NCBI GenBank assembly: GCA_900548225.1
Contig: URJM01000002.1
Span: forward strand, 4,848-68,847
From: an uncultured bacterium
GTDB taxonomy: Bacteria; Verrucomicrobiota; Lentisphaeria; Oligosphaerales; Oligosphaeraceae
Direction: 5' to 3'
DNA: 64,000 bases
Position numbers and translations under genes: made by a program. Positions 17,537 to 26,076 of this stretch are shown here, piece after piece. The notes under the pieces are model-generated. The model was not told where the DNA came from. It saw nothing but the letters and a program-made list of their open reading frames with translations, and searched no databases. The stretch's first letter is position 1. Each line of letters begins with the position of its first letter.

Positions 17537-18952
17537 ATGTCTGAAAAAATCATCAAATCGACTGGACTGTACAAGAGTTTTCCGAGGAAGGGCGGTTCCG
17601 CCCAGACTGCGACGCACTACTGCCCCGGCTGCGGGCACGGTGTCCTGACGAAGCTCATCGGCGAGGCGCTCCACGACCTTGAACTCCAGGACAAGGCCGT
17701 CATGATCAGCCCCGTAGGATGCGCCGTCTTCGCGTACTACTACTTTGACTGCGGCAACATCCAGGTCGCCCACGGCCGTGCCCCCGCGGTTGCGACTGGC
17801 GTCAGCCGCGCCACCGACAATGTGGTCATCTCCTACCAGGGCGACGGCGACCTTGCCTCCATCGGCCTCAACGAGACATTGCAGGCCGCCAACCGCGGCG
17901 AGAAGATCGCGGTCTTCTTCGTCAACAACACGGTCTACGGCATGACAGGCGGGCAGATGGCGCCGACCACGCTCGTGGGGGAGAAGACCGTCACCTGCCC
18001 GAATGGACGGGATCCCCTGACGCAGGGCTACCCAATACACATGTGCGAGCTGATCAGCAACCTGAAGGCGCCGGTCTTCGTCGAGCGTGTCGCCCTCACT
18101 GACGCGGCGCATATCCGCAAGGCGCGCGCCGCAATCCGCAAGGCCCTCCAGATTCAGAAGGATGGCAAGGGATACACCTTCGTGGAGGTGCTCTCCGCGT
18201 GCCCGACCAACCTGAAGATGTCCACCACCGAAACCAACAAGTGGGTCAACGAGGTGATGACCCAGGAGTTTCCGCTGGGCAACTTCCGCGACAATACGGA
18301 GGCCCAGCCAGTGGCCCGCCCCAAGTCCGACTTCACGAAGGAGTCCCTTGACAGCCTCTTCATCGACTCCAAGTCCGAGGCCAAGGCGGTTTGCGCGGAT
18401 GGAAGCCAGCCGGATGTCCAGGTGAAGATTGCCGGCTTTGGCGGGCAGGGCGTCCTTTCCCTTGGGACTATGATTGCGCAGGCGGGTCTTGCCGCCGGCC
18501 GCAATGTCTCCTGGTATCCCTCCTACGGCCCCGAACAGCGCGGCGGCACCTCGAACTGCTCCGTGACCCTGGCGACCCACGCGATCGGATCTCCCGTCAT
18601 CTATCATTCGGACCTGCTGGTGGCGATGAACCGCCCGTCAATCGAGAAGTTCAAGAACGACGTGAAGCCGGGTGGCGTGATCATCTACGACGCAGTGATG
18701 GGCGACGTGGAGATTCCCGAGGGGGTGCGCGGCATCGCCGTGCCCGCACAGCAGCTCGCCGACGAGGGCGGCAACCCGAAGGGCGCAAATACGGTCATGT
18801 TCGGACTCATCGCGGCCCTCGGCATCACACGGCTGCCCAAGGACGCCTTCCTGCACGCACTCGCCAATAGCTTCGCAAAGCGCCCGAAGCTCATTCCGCT
18901 CAACGAACAGCTTCTGGAATATGTGCACCAGTGGGCGGAGAAGAACGCCTGA
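17537..18952 (+). CDS. korB: 2-oxoacid:ferredoxin oxidoreductase beta subunit (TPP-binding) fused to the gamma subunit
   Basis: N-terminal CPGCGHG, GDGD and TPP motifs indicate beta. The C-terminal 190 aa ([21 protein letters not shown]...) matches the gamma-subunit fold. Confidence 0.9.
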   Translation: MSEKIIKSTGLYKSFPRKGGSAQTATHYCPGCGHGVLTKLIGEALHDLELQDKAVMISPVGCAVFAYYYFDCGNIQVAHGRAPAVATGVSRATDNVVISYQGDGDLASIGLNETLQAANRGEKIAVFFVNNTVYGMTGGQMAPTTLVGEKTVTCPNGRDPLTQGYPIHMCELISNLKAPVFVERVALTDAAHIRKARAAIRKALQIQKDGKGYTFVEVLSACPTNLKMSTTETNKWVNEVMTQEFPLGNFRDNTEAQPVARPKSDFTKESLDSLFIDSKSEAKAVCADGSQPDVQVKIAGFGGQGVLSLGTMIAQAGLAAGRNVSWYPSYGPEQRGGTSNCSVTLATHAIGSPVIYHSDLLVAMNRPSIEKFKNDVKPGGVIIYDAVMGDVEIPEGVRGIAVPAQQLADEGGNPKGANTVMFGLIAALGITRLPKDAFLHALANSFAKRPKLIPLNEQLLEYVHQWAEKNA

Positions 18953-19064
18953 CGACCGCCTTCCGCATCAACCAGTCAAATCCGAGTGAACCCAAGAGCG
19001 TGGTGTCGCCCTGAGGCGCGGCATCGCGCTCTTTCACTTGACACAACATTATCTCGACATAGGA

Positions 19065-19871
19065 ATGTCTTCCCTTCCACGCATAGATATCCACGCCCAC
19101 GCATTCCATCCGAAGATTGCATCGAAGGTCGTGGAACAACTCCAGCAGCACTACGGGATCCCCGCAATCGGCAATGGACTGCTGGAGGATATGGAACCCC
19201 GTCTCCGCAGGGCGGGCATCCAATACTCGGCCGTGCTGGCCGCCGCGACGAAAAAGGAGCAGGTCGAACCGGCAAACCAATACGCGGTCTCCCTGCTGAA
19301 ACACCCAGGGGTGATTCCATTCGGGACTATGCATCCCGATTACGAGAAGATGGACGAAATGCTGGCGTATCTCTGGGACAACGGCATCAGGGGAATCAAG
19401 CTGCACCCCGATTTCCAGGGGTTCAGGCTTGACGACCCGCGCCTCGACAGTTTCTTCGGGGCAATCGAAGGCCACTTCACGCTGCTTGTCCACGTGGGAG
19501 ACAAATTGCCGCCCGCCGAAAATCCGTCGTGCCCATACAAGGTGGCCGCAATCAAGAGAAAGCACCCGAGGCTGCAAATGATTGCGGCACACTTCGGCGG
19601 AGTCTGGCACTGGCAGTATGTCGTCGATGCACTCAAGGGACTTGACATATACATGGACACCTCCAGCTCGCTCTTCGCAATACCGCAGGAACTCCTCGAG
19701 GGTATCTTCAATTCATTCCCACGAAAAAACTTCCTCTTCGGATCAGACTACCCGCTCTTCGACTGCAACGACGAAATCGAATTGCTGCGCCGAAGGCTCA
19801 GGCTCTCCGACTCCGAAGTCGAGGAAATCCTCACAAACGCCAATGCGCTCCAGTTGATAAGGGAGAAGTAG
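19065..19871 (+). CDS. amidohydrolase-2 family TIM-barrel metal-dependent hydrolase
   Basis: The track start at 19038 is a TTG. The internal ATG (MSSLPRIDIHAHAF...) at 19065 gives the typical HxH metal-binding N-terminus. A divergent paralog lies at 53492-54322. Confidence 0.75.
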   Translation: MSSLPRIDIHAHAFHPKIASKVVEQLQQHYGIPAIGNGLLEDMEPRLRRAGIQYSAVLAAATKKEQVEPANQYAVSLLKHPGVIPFGTMHPDYEKMDEMLAYLWDNGIRGIKLHPDFQGFRLDDPRLDSFFGAIEGHFTLLVHVGDKLPPAENPSCPYKVAAIKRKHPRLQMIAAHFGGVWHWQYVVDALKGLDIYMDTSSSLFAIPQELLEGIFNSFPRKNFLFGSDYPLFDCNDEIELLRRRLRLSDSEVEEILTNANALQLIREK

Positions 19872-20004
19872 GCCGGGGAGAGGAGGCCGAGAGGGGCACT
19901 CGCGGGACGGTTCCGCCCTGGGGTGCGCCTCGCTCCAGCCACCGCTGCGTGGTTCGCTTGAGGCGCTATGGGGAGGCGGGACATTCTCGACGCCCTGTCT
20001 GCTA

Positions 20005-20748
20005 TCAGCTCCTTCCAGTGGAGAATGCCGCCAGGAATTCCTGGTTTCCGTTCGGCCCGAGGATAGGGGAGGGCACGGTGCCGATGACCTGCCAGCCCAG
20101 GTTTCCGCGGGCAAACTCCAGGATGCGCTCGACGCATTGGCGGCGGACGTTTTCGTCCCTGACGACTCCCTGTGAGCAGATGGCCTCGCGCCCTGCCTCG
20201 AACTGCGGCTTGACGAGGACGATGATTTGCGCGCCGGGCTTGAGGAGCGGCGCACATGGAGGCAGCACAAGCGTCAGCGATATGAATGAGACATCCCCCA
20301 CGAGGATGTCGATCTTCTCGGGGATAATCCTGTCGTCGAGGTCGCGTGCATTCACTCCCTCCAGTGAGACTACCCGCGGGTCATTCCTGAGCTTTTCGTG
20401 AAGCTGCCCGTGTCCCACATCGACTGCGTATACCTTTTGGGCGCCGTGCTGCAGAAGGACGTCCGTGAAGCCCCCCGTGGAGGCTCCCAGGTCCAGTGCG
20501 ACCGCACCCTCTATTTCCGGGCTGAACGCCTCGATGCCGGCCAGCAGCTTCTCCGCGCCACGCGAGACATATTTCGGCGGCGCGTCCAGCACCAGGCGTG
20601 CGTCCTCGTCGACGAGCTGCCCGCTCTTTCGGAGTGCATTGCCGTCCTCCAGCCGGATCTTCCCATCCTCGATGAGGCGTTGCGCCAGTGCGCGGGATGG
20701 GCAGAGCCCCCTTTTGACTGCAAGCTGGTCTGCGCGGCACTTGGGCAT
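20005..20748 (-). CDS. tlyA: TlyA-family rRNA (cytidine-2'-O)-methyltransferase (hemolysin A-like)
   Basis: S4-like N-terminus followed by an FtsJ-type methyltransferase core (LDLGASTGGFTDVLL, DVSFISL, LVKPQFE). Confidence 0.85.
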   Translation of the reverse strand: MPKCRADQLAVKRGLCPSRALAQRLIEDGKIRLEDGNALRKSGQLVDEDARLVLDAPPKYVSRGAEKLLAGIEAFSPEIEGAVALDLGASTGGFTDVLLQHGAQKVYAVDVGHGQLHEKLRNDPRVVSLEGVNARDLDDRIIPEKIDILVGDVSFISLTLVLPPCAPLLKPGAQIIVLVKPQFEAGREAICSQGVVRDENVRRQCVERILEFARGNLGWQVIGTVPSPILGPNGNQEFLAAFSTGRS

Positions 20749-20761
20749 TTACGTGTGTCCG

Positions 20762-22366
20762 CTAGATGGTGTCTCCCTGCATCGGGGAGTGTGTGAGCAG
20801 CTGGATGTCGGGGTTCTTCTCGACGAAGTAGTTCACCGCCCAGGAGTCCGGGAAGAGGAGGACAGGCATCTCCTCGTGGTCGACAGCGAGTCGGACGTTG
20901 CTGCCAAGATACGCGCCTTTGAACTTGTCGGCGTCGGCGGCATTTGCAAGCCATCTTATCTGGGTGTACGGCGTGTCCTCCAGGCGGACTTCCGCATTGT
21001 ATTCAGTCTCCATGCGGTGTTTTACGACCTCGAACTGGAGCTGTCCCACTGCGCCAAGCAGGGGTGCGCGGTTCACATCGCTGTGGAGATGGTATACCTG
21101 GATTGCACCCTCGTTCAGCAACTGCTCGAGCCCCTCGGTGAATTGCTTGTACTTCGAGGGGGCGGCATTCCGCAGGAAACAGAAGACCTCCGGCGCAAAT
21201 CTCGGGATTTCATTGTAGACGAGCCCCGGGATTGTGGTGAGCGTGTCGCCAATCCTGAAGCTGCCGTGGCTGACCAGCCCGACGATGTCGCCGGGGTAGG
21301 CATTCTCAATCGAGTCGCGGCCCTGCCCGAAGAGCTTCTGGGGATATGAGAGCCGGAGCGCCCGGCCGCCGCGGGGGTTCGGGACTGTCATGTCCTTGAC
21401 GAACTGCCCCGAGCAGACACGCACGAACGACATGGAGTCGCGGTGGTTTGGATCCATGTTCGCCTGGATTTTGAAGATGAATCCGGAGAATTCCTCCCGT
21501 GTCGGCGCGATTTCGCCCAGGGAGGACTTTCGCGGCAGCGGCGGCATTCCGTGGTCGACGAAGTAGTCGAGGAGGAGCTGGACGCCGAAGTTGTTGATTC
21601 CCGAGCCGAAGAAGATGGGCGTCATCTGGCCGGAACGCACAAGTTCGTCGTCAAATTCCTCTCCTGCCATTGAGAGCAATTCGATTTGGTCCTGCCACTC
21701 CTTGAGCATCATTGGCGAGAGCAGCGCCGCCAGCTGCGGGTCGTCTGGCCCCGTGGTCTGTGCGGCGGCCTTCGCCGCCCCGTGCCCCTGGTTGGTGAAG
21801 AGGTGGAGCTTGTGGGTGAGCCGGTCGTAGACTCCCTTGAAGTCGGGGCCGTCGCCCAGAGGCCATGTCACAGGGAAGACCTCGAGCCCGAGGGTCTTTT
21901 CGATGTCGTCCAGCAATTCCAGGGGATTCCTGGCGGGGCGGTCCATCTTGTTCATGAATGTGAAGATGGGGATTCCGCGCAGCCTGCAGATTTCAAAGAG
22001 CTTCCTGGTCCGTTCCTCGATGCCCTTTCCTGCGTCAATCACCATGATGACGGAGTCGACCGCCGTCAGGACCCGGTATGTGTCCTCCGAGAAGTCCCTG
22101 TGGCCGGGCGTGTCAAGAAGGTTGATGCAATATCCGCGGTATTCGAACTGGAGAACGGTCGACGAGACGGAAATGCCGCGTTCCCGCTCCAGATCCATCC
22201 AGTCGCTGGTGGTGTTCTTCTGATTCTTCTTTGCGCGGACGGAGCCGGCCGCCTGGAGGGCGCCGCCGTAGAGCAGGAGCTTCTCGGTCAGGGTCGTCTT
22301 GCCCGCGTCAGGATGGGAGATGATTGCAAAGGTGCGGCGGCGGGATATTTCCGATTCGAAAGACAT
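20762..22366 (-). CDS. prfC: peptide chain release factor 3
   Basis: [27 protein letters not shown] and NKMDR GTPase motifs, length 534 aa. Confidence 0.95.
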   Translation of the reverse strand: MSFESEISRRRTFAIISHPDAGKTTLTEKLLLYGGALQAAGSVRAKKNQKNTTSDWMDLERERGISVSSTVLQFEYRGYCINLLDTPGHRDFSEDTYRVLTAVDSVIMVIDAGKGIEERTRKLFEICRLRGIPIFTFMNKMDRPARNPLELLDDIEKTLGLEVFPVTWPLGDGPDFKGVYDRLTHKLHLFTNQGHGAAKAAAQTTGPDDPQLAALLSPMMLKEWQDQIELLSMAGEEFDDELVRSGQMTPIFFGSGINNFGVQLLLDYFVDHGMPPLPRKSSLGEIAPTREEFSGFIFKIQANMDPNHRDSMSFVRVCSGQFVKDMTVPNPRGGRALRLSYPQKLFGQGRDSIENAYPGDIVGLVSHGSFRIGDTLTTIPGLVYNEIPRFAPEVFCFLRNAAPSKYKQFTEGLEQLLNEGAIQVYHLHSDVNRAPLLGAVGQLQFEVVKHRMETEYNAEVRLEDTPYTQIRWLANAADADKFKGAYLGSNVRLAVDHEEMPVLLFPDSWAVNYFVEKNPDIQLLTHSPMQGDTI

Positions 22367-22372
22367 GTCAGG

Positions 22373-25213
22373 TTATTGGGATAGTGAGGCAGCCAGGAAC
22401 TGCCCCGTGTAGGATTTCTTGCACTTGGCGACCTGCTCGGGGGTGCCCTCCGCGACAAGGGTGCCGCCCTGGTCGCCACCCTCGGGCCCCAGGTCGATTA
22501 TCCAGTCGGCGGTCTTGATTACGTCGAGGTTGTGCTCGATGACAATGATCGAGTTGCCCTGGTCGCGGAGTGATTCGAGGACTTTCAGGAGCTGTGCGAT
22601 GTCGGAGACATGGAGCCCCGTGGTGGGTTCGTCAAGCAGGTAGAGAGTGTGCCCCTGCGCCCTGCGGGAAAGCTCTGTCGCCAGCTTGACCCTCTGGGCT
22701 TCGCCGCCGGAAAGGGTGGTCGCCGGCTGCCCAAGATGGATGTAGCCCAAACCAACGTCCCGCAAGGTCTCAAGCTTGCGCATGATCCTGGGCATGGATG
22801 CGAAGAACTCGCACGCCTCGTTCACGGACATGGCGAGGACGTCAGCTATGGAACGCCCCTTGAAACGGACGTTCAGGGTCTCGGTGTTGTAGCGGAGCCC
22901 ATGGCACTGCTCGCAGGGGACGTAGACGTCCGGCAGGAACTGCATCTCAATCTTCTTGATGCCGTCCCCCTTGCACTCCTCGCAGCGCCCGCCCTTGATG
23001 TTGAAGGAGAAACGCCCCGGCGTATAGCCGCGAAGCTTGGCGTCGTTGGTCATGGCGAAGACCTCGCGGATGAGGTCGAAGAGCCCGGTGTAGGTGGCTG
23101 GGTTGGACCTGGGGGTCTTGCCGATGGGACCCTGGTCGATGACTATCATCTTGTCAATCTTGTCAATGCCCTCGATCTTCCTGCAGGCCCCGGGTACGTC
23201 GTCCTTTATCCCGAAGTGCTTGTTCAGGGCAGGGCGTATGATGTGGTTGACAAGGGTGGACTTGCCAGATCCGGAGACGCCTGTCACGCAGCAGAGCAGG
23301 CCCAGCGGAATCTTGACGTTCAGGTTCTTGAGATTGTGTTCGGTGGCGCCCTTGACGGTCAGGAAGCCGCCGCTGCCGCGGTTGCGCCTCTTCGGGACGG
23401 GAATCGAGCGGCGCCCGGCCAGGTAGTCCCCCGTGACGCTGCCGGGGGTGGCGGCCACTTCGTCCGGCGTCCCCTGTGCGACGAGGTATCCTCCGTTGCG
23501 TCCTGCGCCGGGCCCCAGGTCGATGAGGTGGTCTGCGGCGCGCATGGTGTCCAGGTCGTGTTCCACGACAATCACGGTGTTTCCGAGGTCCCGCAGGCTC
23601 TTCATCGAGGCGAGGAGCCTGTCGTTGTCCCTCTGGTGGAGTCCGATGGAGGGTTCGTCAAGGATATAGAGGACTCCCACGAGTCCCGAGCCGATTTGGC
23701 TTGCGAGCCGTATGCGTTGCGATTCTCCTCCGGAGAGTGTTCCGCTTTCCCGGTTGAGCGTGAGGTAGTTGAGTCCGACTGTCCTGAGGAAGCCGAGCCT
23801 GTTTCTGATTTCCTTGAGGAGTTCGGCGCCGATCTTCTGCTGGTGGTCTGTGAGCTTCAGGTTGTCCAGGAACTCCAGCGCGCCGTCAATCGAGAGTGCG
23901 CAGAACTGGCTGATGTTGAGGCCGCCCAGGGTCACGGCCAGATATTCGGGCTTGAGGCGCTCGCCATGGCACAGGCTGCACTCCTCGTAAACCGAGACCG
24001 CCTCCAGGCGGGCGCGCAACTCCTCGTTGTCGGTCTCGCGGAGACGCCTCTCCAGGTTCGGGATGATTCCCTCGAAGGGTTTGCGCCACTCGTGGATCTT
24101 CCCCTTCTGCCAGTAGTCGAAGGTGACAACACGGTCGCCAGAACCATAAAGCAGCATCTTGCGGATCTCCGCCGGAAGCTTCTGCCAGGCAGTCGTCAGG
24201 GAGAAGCCGAATTGCTCCGAAAGACACCGCAGGTAGTGGTTGTAGAGGAGGACGACAAAGCGGGGGCCCCGGCGCCACAGGGGAATCGCACCCCTGCGTA
24301 TGGAAAGGGTCGGGTCGGGAATGACCCCCTCCTCGGTGAAGGTGAGGTGCTTGCCAAGCCCGTCGCATCCAGGACACGCGCCAAAGGGGGAGTTGAAGGA
24401 GAAGTTCCTGGGTGCCAGCTCGCCAAAGGAGACTCCGCAGTCAACGCAGGCAAGGCTCTCGCTCATGCGCTCCTCGTGCCAGCCGCCAGCCTCCTCGGGG
24501 GACTCCAGCAGGACCACCAGGACACCATTGCCGCGCTTCAGGGCAAGCTCCACGGAGTCGTTGAGACGGCCAGGCTCCAAGGACCCCGTCACAAGACGGT
24601 CCACCACGGCTTCGATGGAGTGGCGCAGGGTCTTCCCCAGCGAAATCTTGTCGTCAAGGGAGACAAGCGCCCCGTCAATCCTCGCACGGACAAATCCGTC
24701 GCGCCGCATCTGGTCAAGCACTTCCACGTGCTCGCCCTTCTTGCCGTGGACGTATGGCGCGAGGATCATCATCTTCCTGCCACCGGGATACTTCATGATT
24801 TGCCGGCAGATGCTCTCCGCATTCTGGGATGAGATCTCCTTTCCGCACTTCGGGCAGTGGGGCACCCCGAGGTGGGTGTATAGCAGGCGAAGGTAGTCGT
24901 AGATTTCGGTGGTGGTCGCCACAATCGACCTGGGCGAGGAACCCGCCACGCGCTGCTCGATGGCAATCGCCGGCGAAAGCCCGCTTATGTGTTCGACCTG
25001 GGGCTTTGCCAATCTGTCAAGGAATTGCCGTGCATACGCGGAAAGGCTCTCCACATAGCGGCGCTGCCCCTCGGCATACAGGGTGTCAAAGGCCAACGAA
25101 GATTTGCCACTGCCGCTGGGACCCGTGATGACCACGAGCTTGTTGCGCGGAATCGACAGTGTCAGATTCTTCAGGTTGTGCTGGCTGGCGCCCTGGATGA
25201 CTATGGAGTCCAT
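22373..25213 (-). CDS. uvrA: excinuclease ABC subunit A
   Basis: Two ABC ATPase modules (GPSGSGKSSLAF and GVSGSGKSTLV), zinc-finger Cys pairs, 946 aa. Confidence 0.95.
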   Translation of the reverse strand: MDSIVIQGASQHNLKNLTLSIPRNKLVVITGPSGSGKSSLAFDTLYAEGQRRYVESLSAYARQFLDRLAKPQVEHISGLSPAIAIEQRVAGSSPRSIVATTTEIYDYLRLLYTHLGVPHCPKCGKEISSQNAESICRQIMKYPGGRKMMILAPYVHGKKGEHVEVLDQMRRDGFVRARIDGALVSLDDKISLGKTLRHSIEAVVDRLVTGSLEPGRLNDSVELALKRGNGVLVVLLESPEEAGGWHEERMSESLACVDCGVSFGELAPRNFSFNSPFGACPGCDGLGKHLTFTEEGVIPDPTLSIRRGAIPLWRRGPRFVVLLYNHYLRCLSEQFGFSLTTAWQKLPAEIRKMLLYGSGDRVVTFDYWQKGKIHEWRKPFEGIIPNLERRLRETDNEELRARLEAVSVYEECSLCHGERLKPEYLAVTLGGLNISQFCALSIDGALEFLDNLKLTDHQQKIGAELLKEIRNRLGFLRTVGLNYLTLNRESGTLSGGESQRIRLASQIGSGLVGVLYILDEPSIGLHQRDNDRLLASMKSLRDLGNTVIVVEHDLDTMRAADHLIDLGPGAGRNGGYLVAQGTPDEVAATPGSVTGDYLAGRRSIPVPKRRNRGSGGFLTVKGATEHNLKNLNVKIPLGLLCCVTGVSGSGKSTLVNHIIRPALNKHFGIKDDVPGACRKIEGIDKIDKMIVIDQGPIGKTPRSNPATYTGLFDLIREVFAMTNDAKLRGYTPGRFSFNIKGGRCEECKGDGIKKIEMQFLPDVYVPCEQCHGLRYNTETLNVRFKGRSIADVLAMSVNEACEFFASMPRIMRKLETLRDVGLGYIHLGQPATTLSGGEAQRVKLATELSRRAQGHTLYLLDEPTTGLHVSDIAQLLKVLESLRDQGNSIIVIEHNLDVIKTADWIIDLGPEGGDQGGTLVAEGTPEQVAKCKKSYTGQFLAASLSQ

Positions 25214-25443
25214 CGGAAAAGGGAGGTGTGGGTGAACGGTTTTCGCCGCATCGGAGGTAAAGCCACATAATCTAAACTCATAATCAAATGCTTCCTCGCG
25301 ACCACATCACCTCAAATCCTAAACCACAACATCCCCCGGAAACACCTCCGCAAAAACCACCTGGATGCACCCACGAAAACCTGCCAAAATCAAACTTTTT
25401 CCAAAAAAGTCGTCTTTTTTTGCATAAATCGTCGAAAATTGCT

Positions 25444-25470
25444 TGAAAAAAGTAAAGTTATGCATATAAT
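25444..25470 (+). promoter_or_regulatory. candidate sigma70-type promoter (TTGAAA, about 15-nt spacer, TATAAT) in an AT-rich island
   Basis: Local AT-rich stretch in an otherwise GC-rich window, about 110 nt upstream of the small ORF at 25584. Confidence 0.3.
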
Positions 25471-25583
25471 CTTAAATGTGCCACCCGTAATGGCATGAAC
25501 TGGATCCCTTCCAGTCGCCACTCCCGGCGGTCTGGAGTCGTCGCAACAACGCATTGTCCCAACAATCCAAGAGGAAATTCCCG

Positions 25584-25787
25584 ATGAAAGCAAAGTTCTG
25601 GGATGTGAAGACCCGCAAGTCCGTTGAGGCAGAAGTCACCGAGTGCGTGACCTTCGAAAATGGCCGCTCCGCGTTCAAGGCAGTCACCAAGGATGGCCGC
25701 AACCTGACCCGCTTCGTCAGCAAGGAAGATGCCGCTAAGTTCAACGGCAAGAAGTGCTGCACCAAGGCCTGCGGCAAGAAGAAGTAG
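25584..25787 (+). CDS. hypothetical small protein (67 aa) with a Lys/Cys-rich C-terminus
   Basis: RBS AAGAGGA lies 8 nt upstream of ATG 25584. Followed by a strong rho-independent terminator. C-terminus KKCCTKACGKKK. Confidence 0.55.
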   Translation: MKAKFWDVKTRKSVEAEVTECVTFENGRSAFKAVTKDGRNLTRFVSKEDAAKFNGKKCCTKACGKKK

Positions 25788-25809
25788 TTTTCTTCATCAG
25801 CAGACTGGA

Positions 25810-25853
25810 AAAGACTCCGTGGTTCCCCTGTGAATCGCGGAGTCTTTTTTTTT
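25810..25853 (+). terminator. rho-independent terminator (stem aaagactccg/cggagtcttt plus T9)
   Basis: Perfect 9-10-bp stem followed by nine T residues. Confidence 0.65.
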
Positions 25854-26076
25854 GCGCAGGTTTCCCTGGAGAGGAGGAACTCCAGGCGCCCAGCCGTGGG
25901 TGCGCACGCGGCTAATACCCTGCCACCGCTAGGCGGTTTAGATGCTATTCTCCCGGCGAATGCCACGAAAGGGGAGTGCAAGATTGCATAACATGTTGGG
26001 AATGAAGATGTTATGACTTTCAGTCCTTCATTCCCATGTTATTGCAGCCTTTTCACTCCGCTTGACGGCCTGGCTT

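Noticed and set aside
22610-24832. 740-aa plus-strand ORF antisense to uvrA, and the similar long antisense ORFs 4388-6163, 11120-12754, 14411-16057, 26482-27813, 40393-41454 and 43834-44952
   Set aside because: Typical high-GC mirror ORFs with A/G/P/R/L-rich low-complexity translations and no motifs. The opposite strand in each case encodes a protein with clear family signatures (UvrA, EI/kinase, GH78-like, antiporter, GH94, cadherin protein).
25214-25583. Possible riboswitch or leader in the 110-nt 5' UTR of the small gene
   Set aside because: No recognisable riboswitch consensus (purine, SAM, TPP, glycine etc.) could be matched by eye. Reported only as a promoter/UTR.
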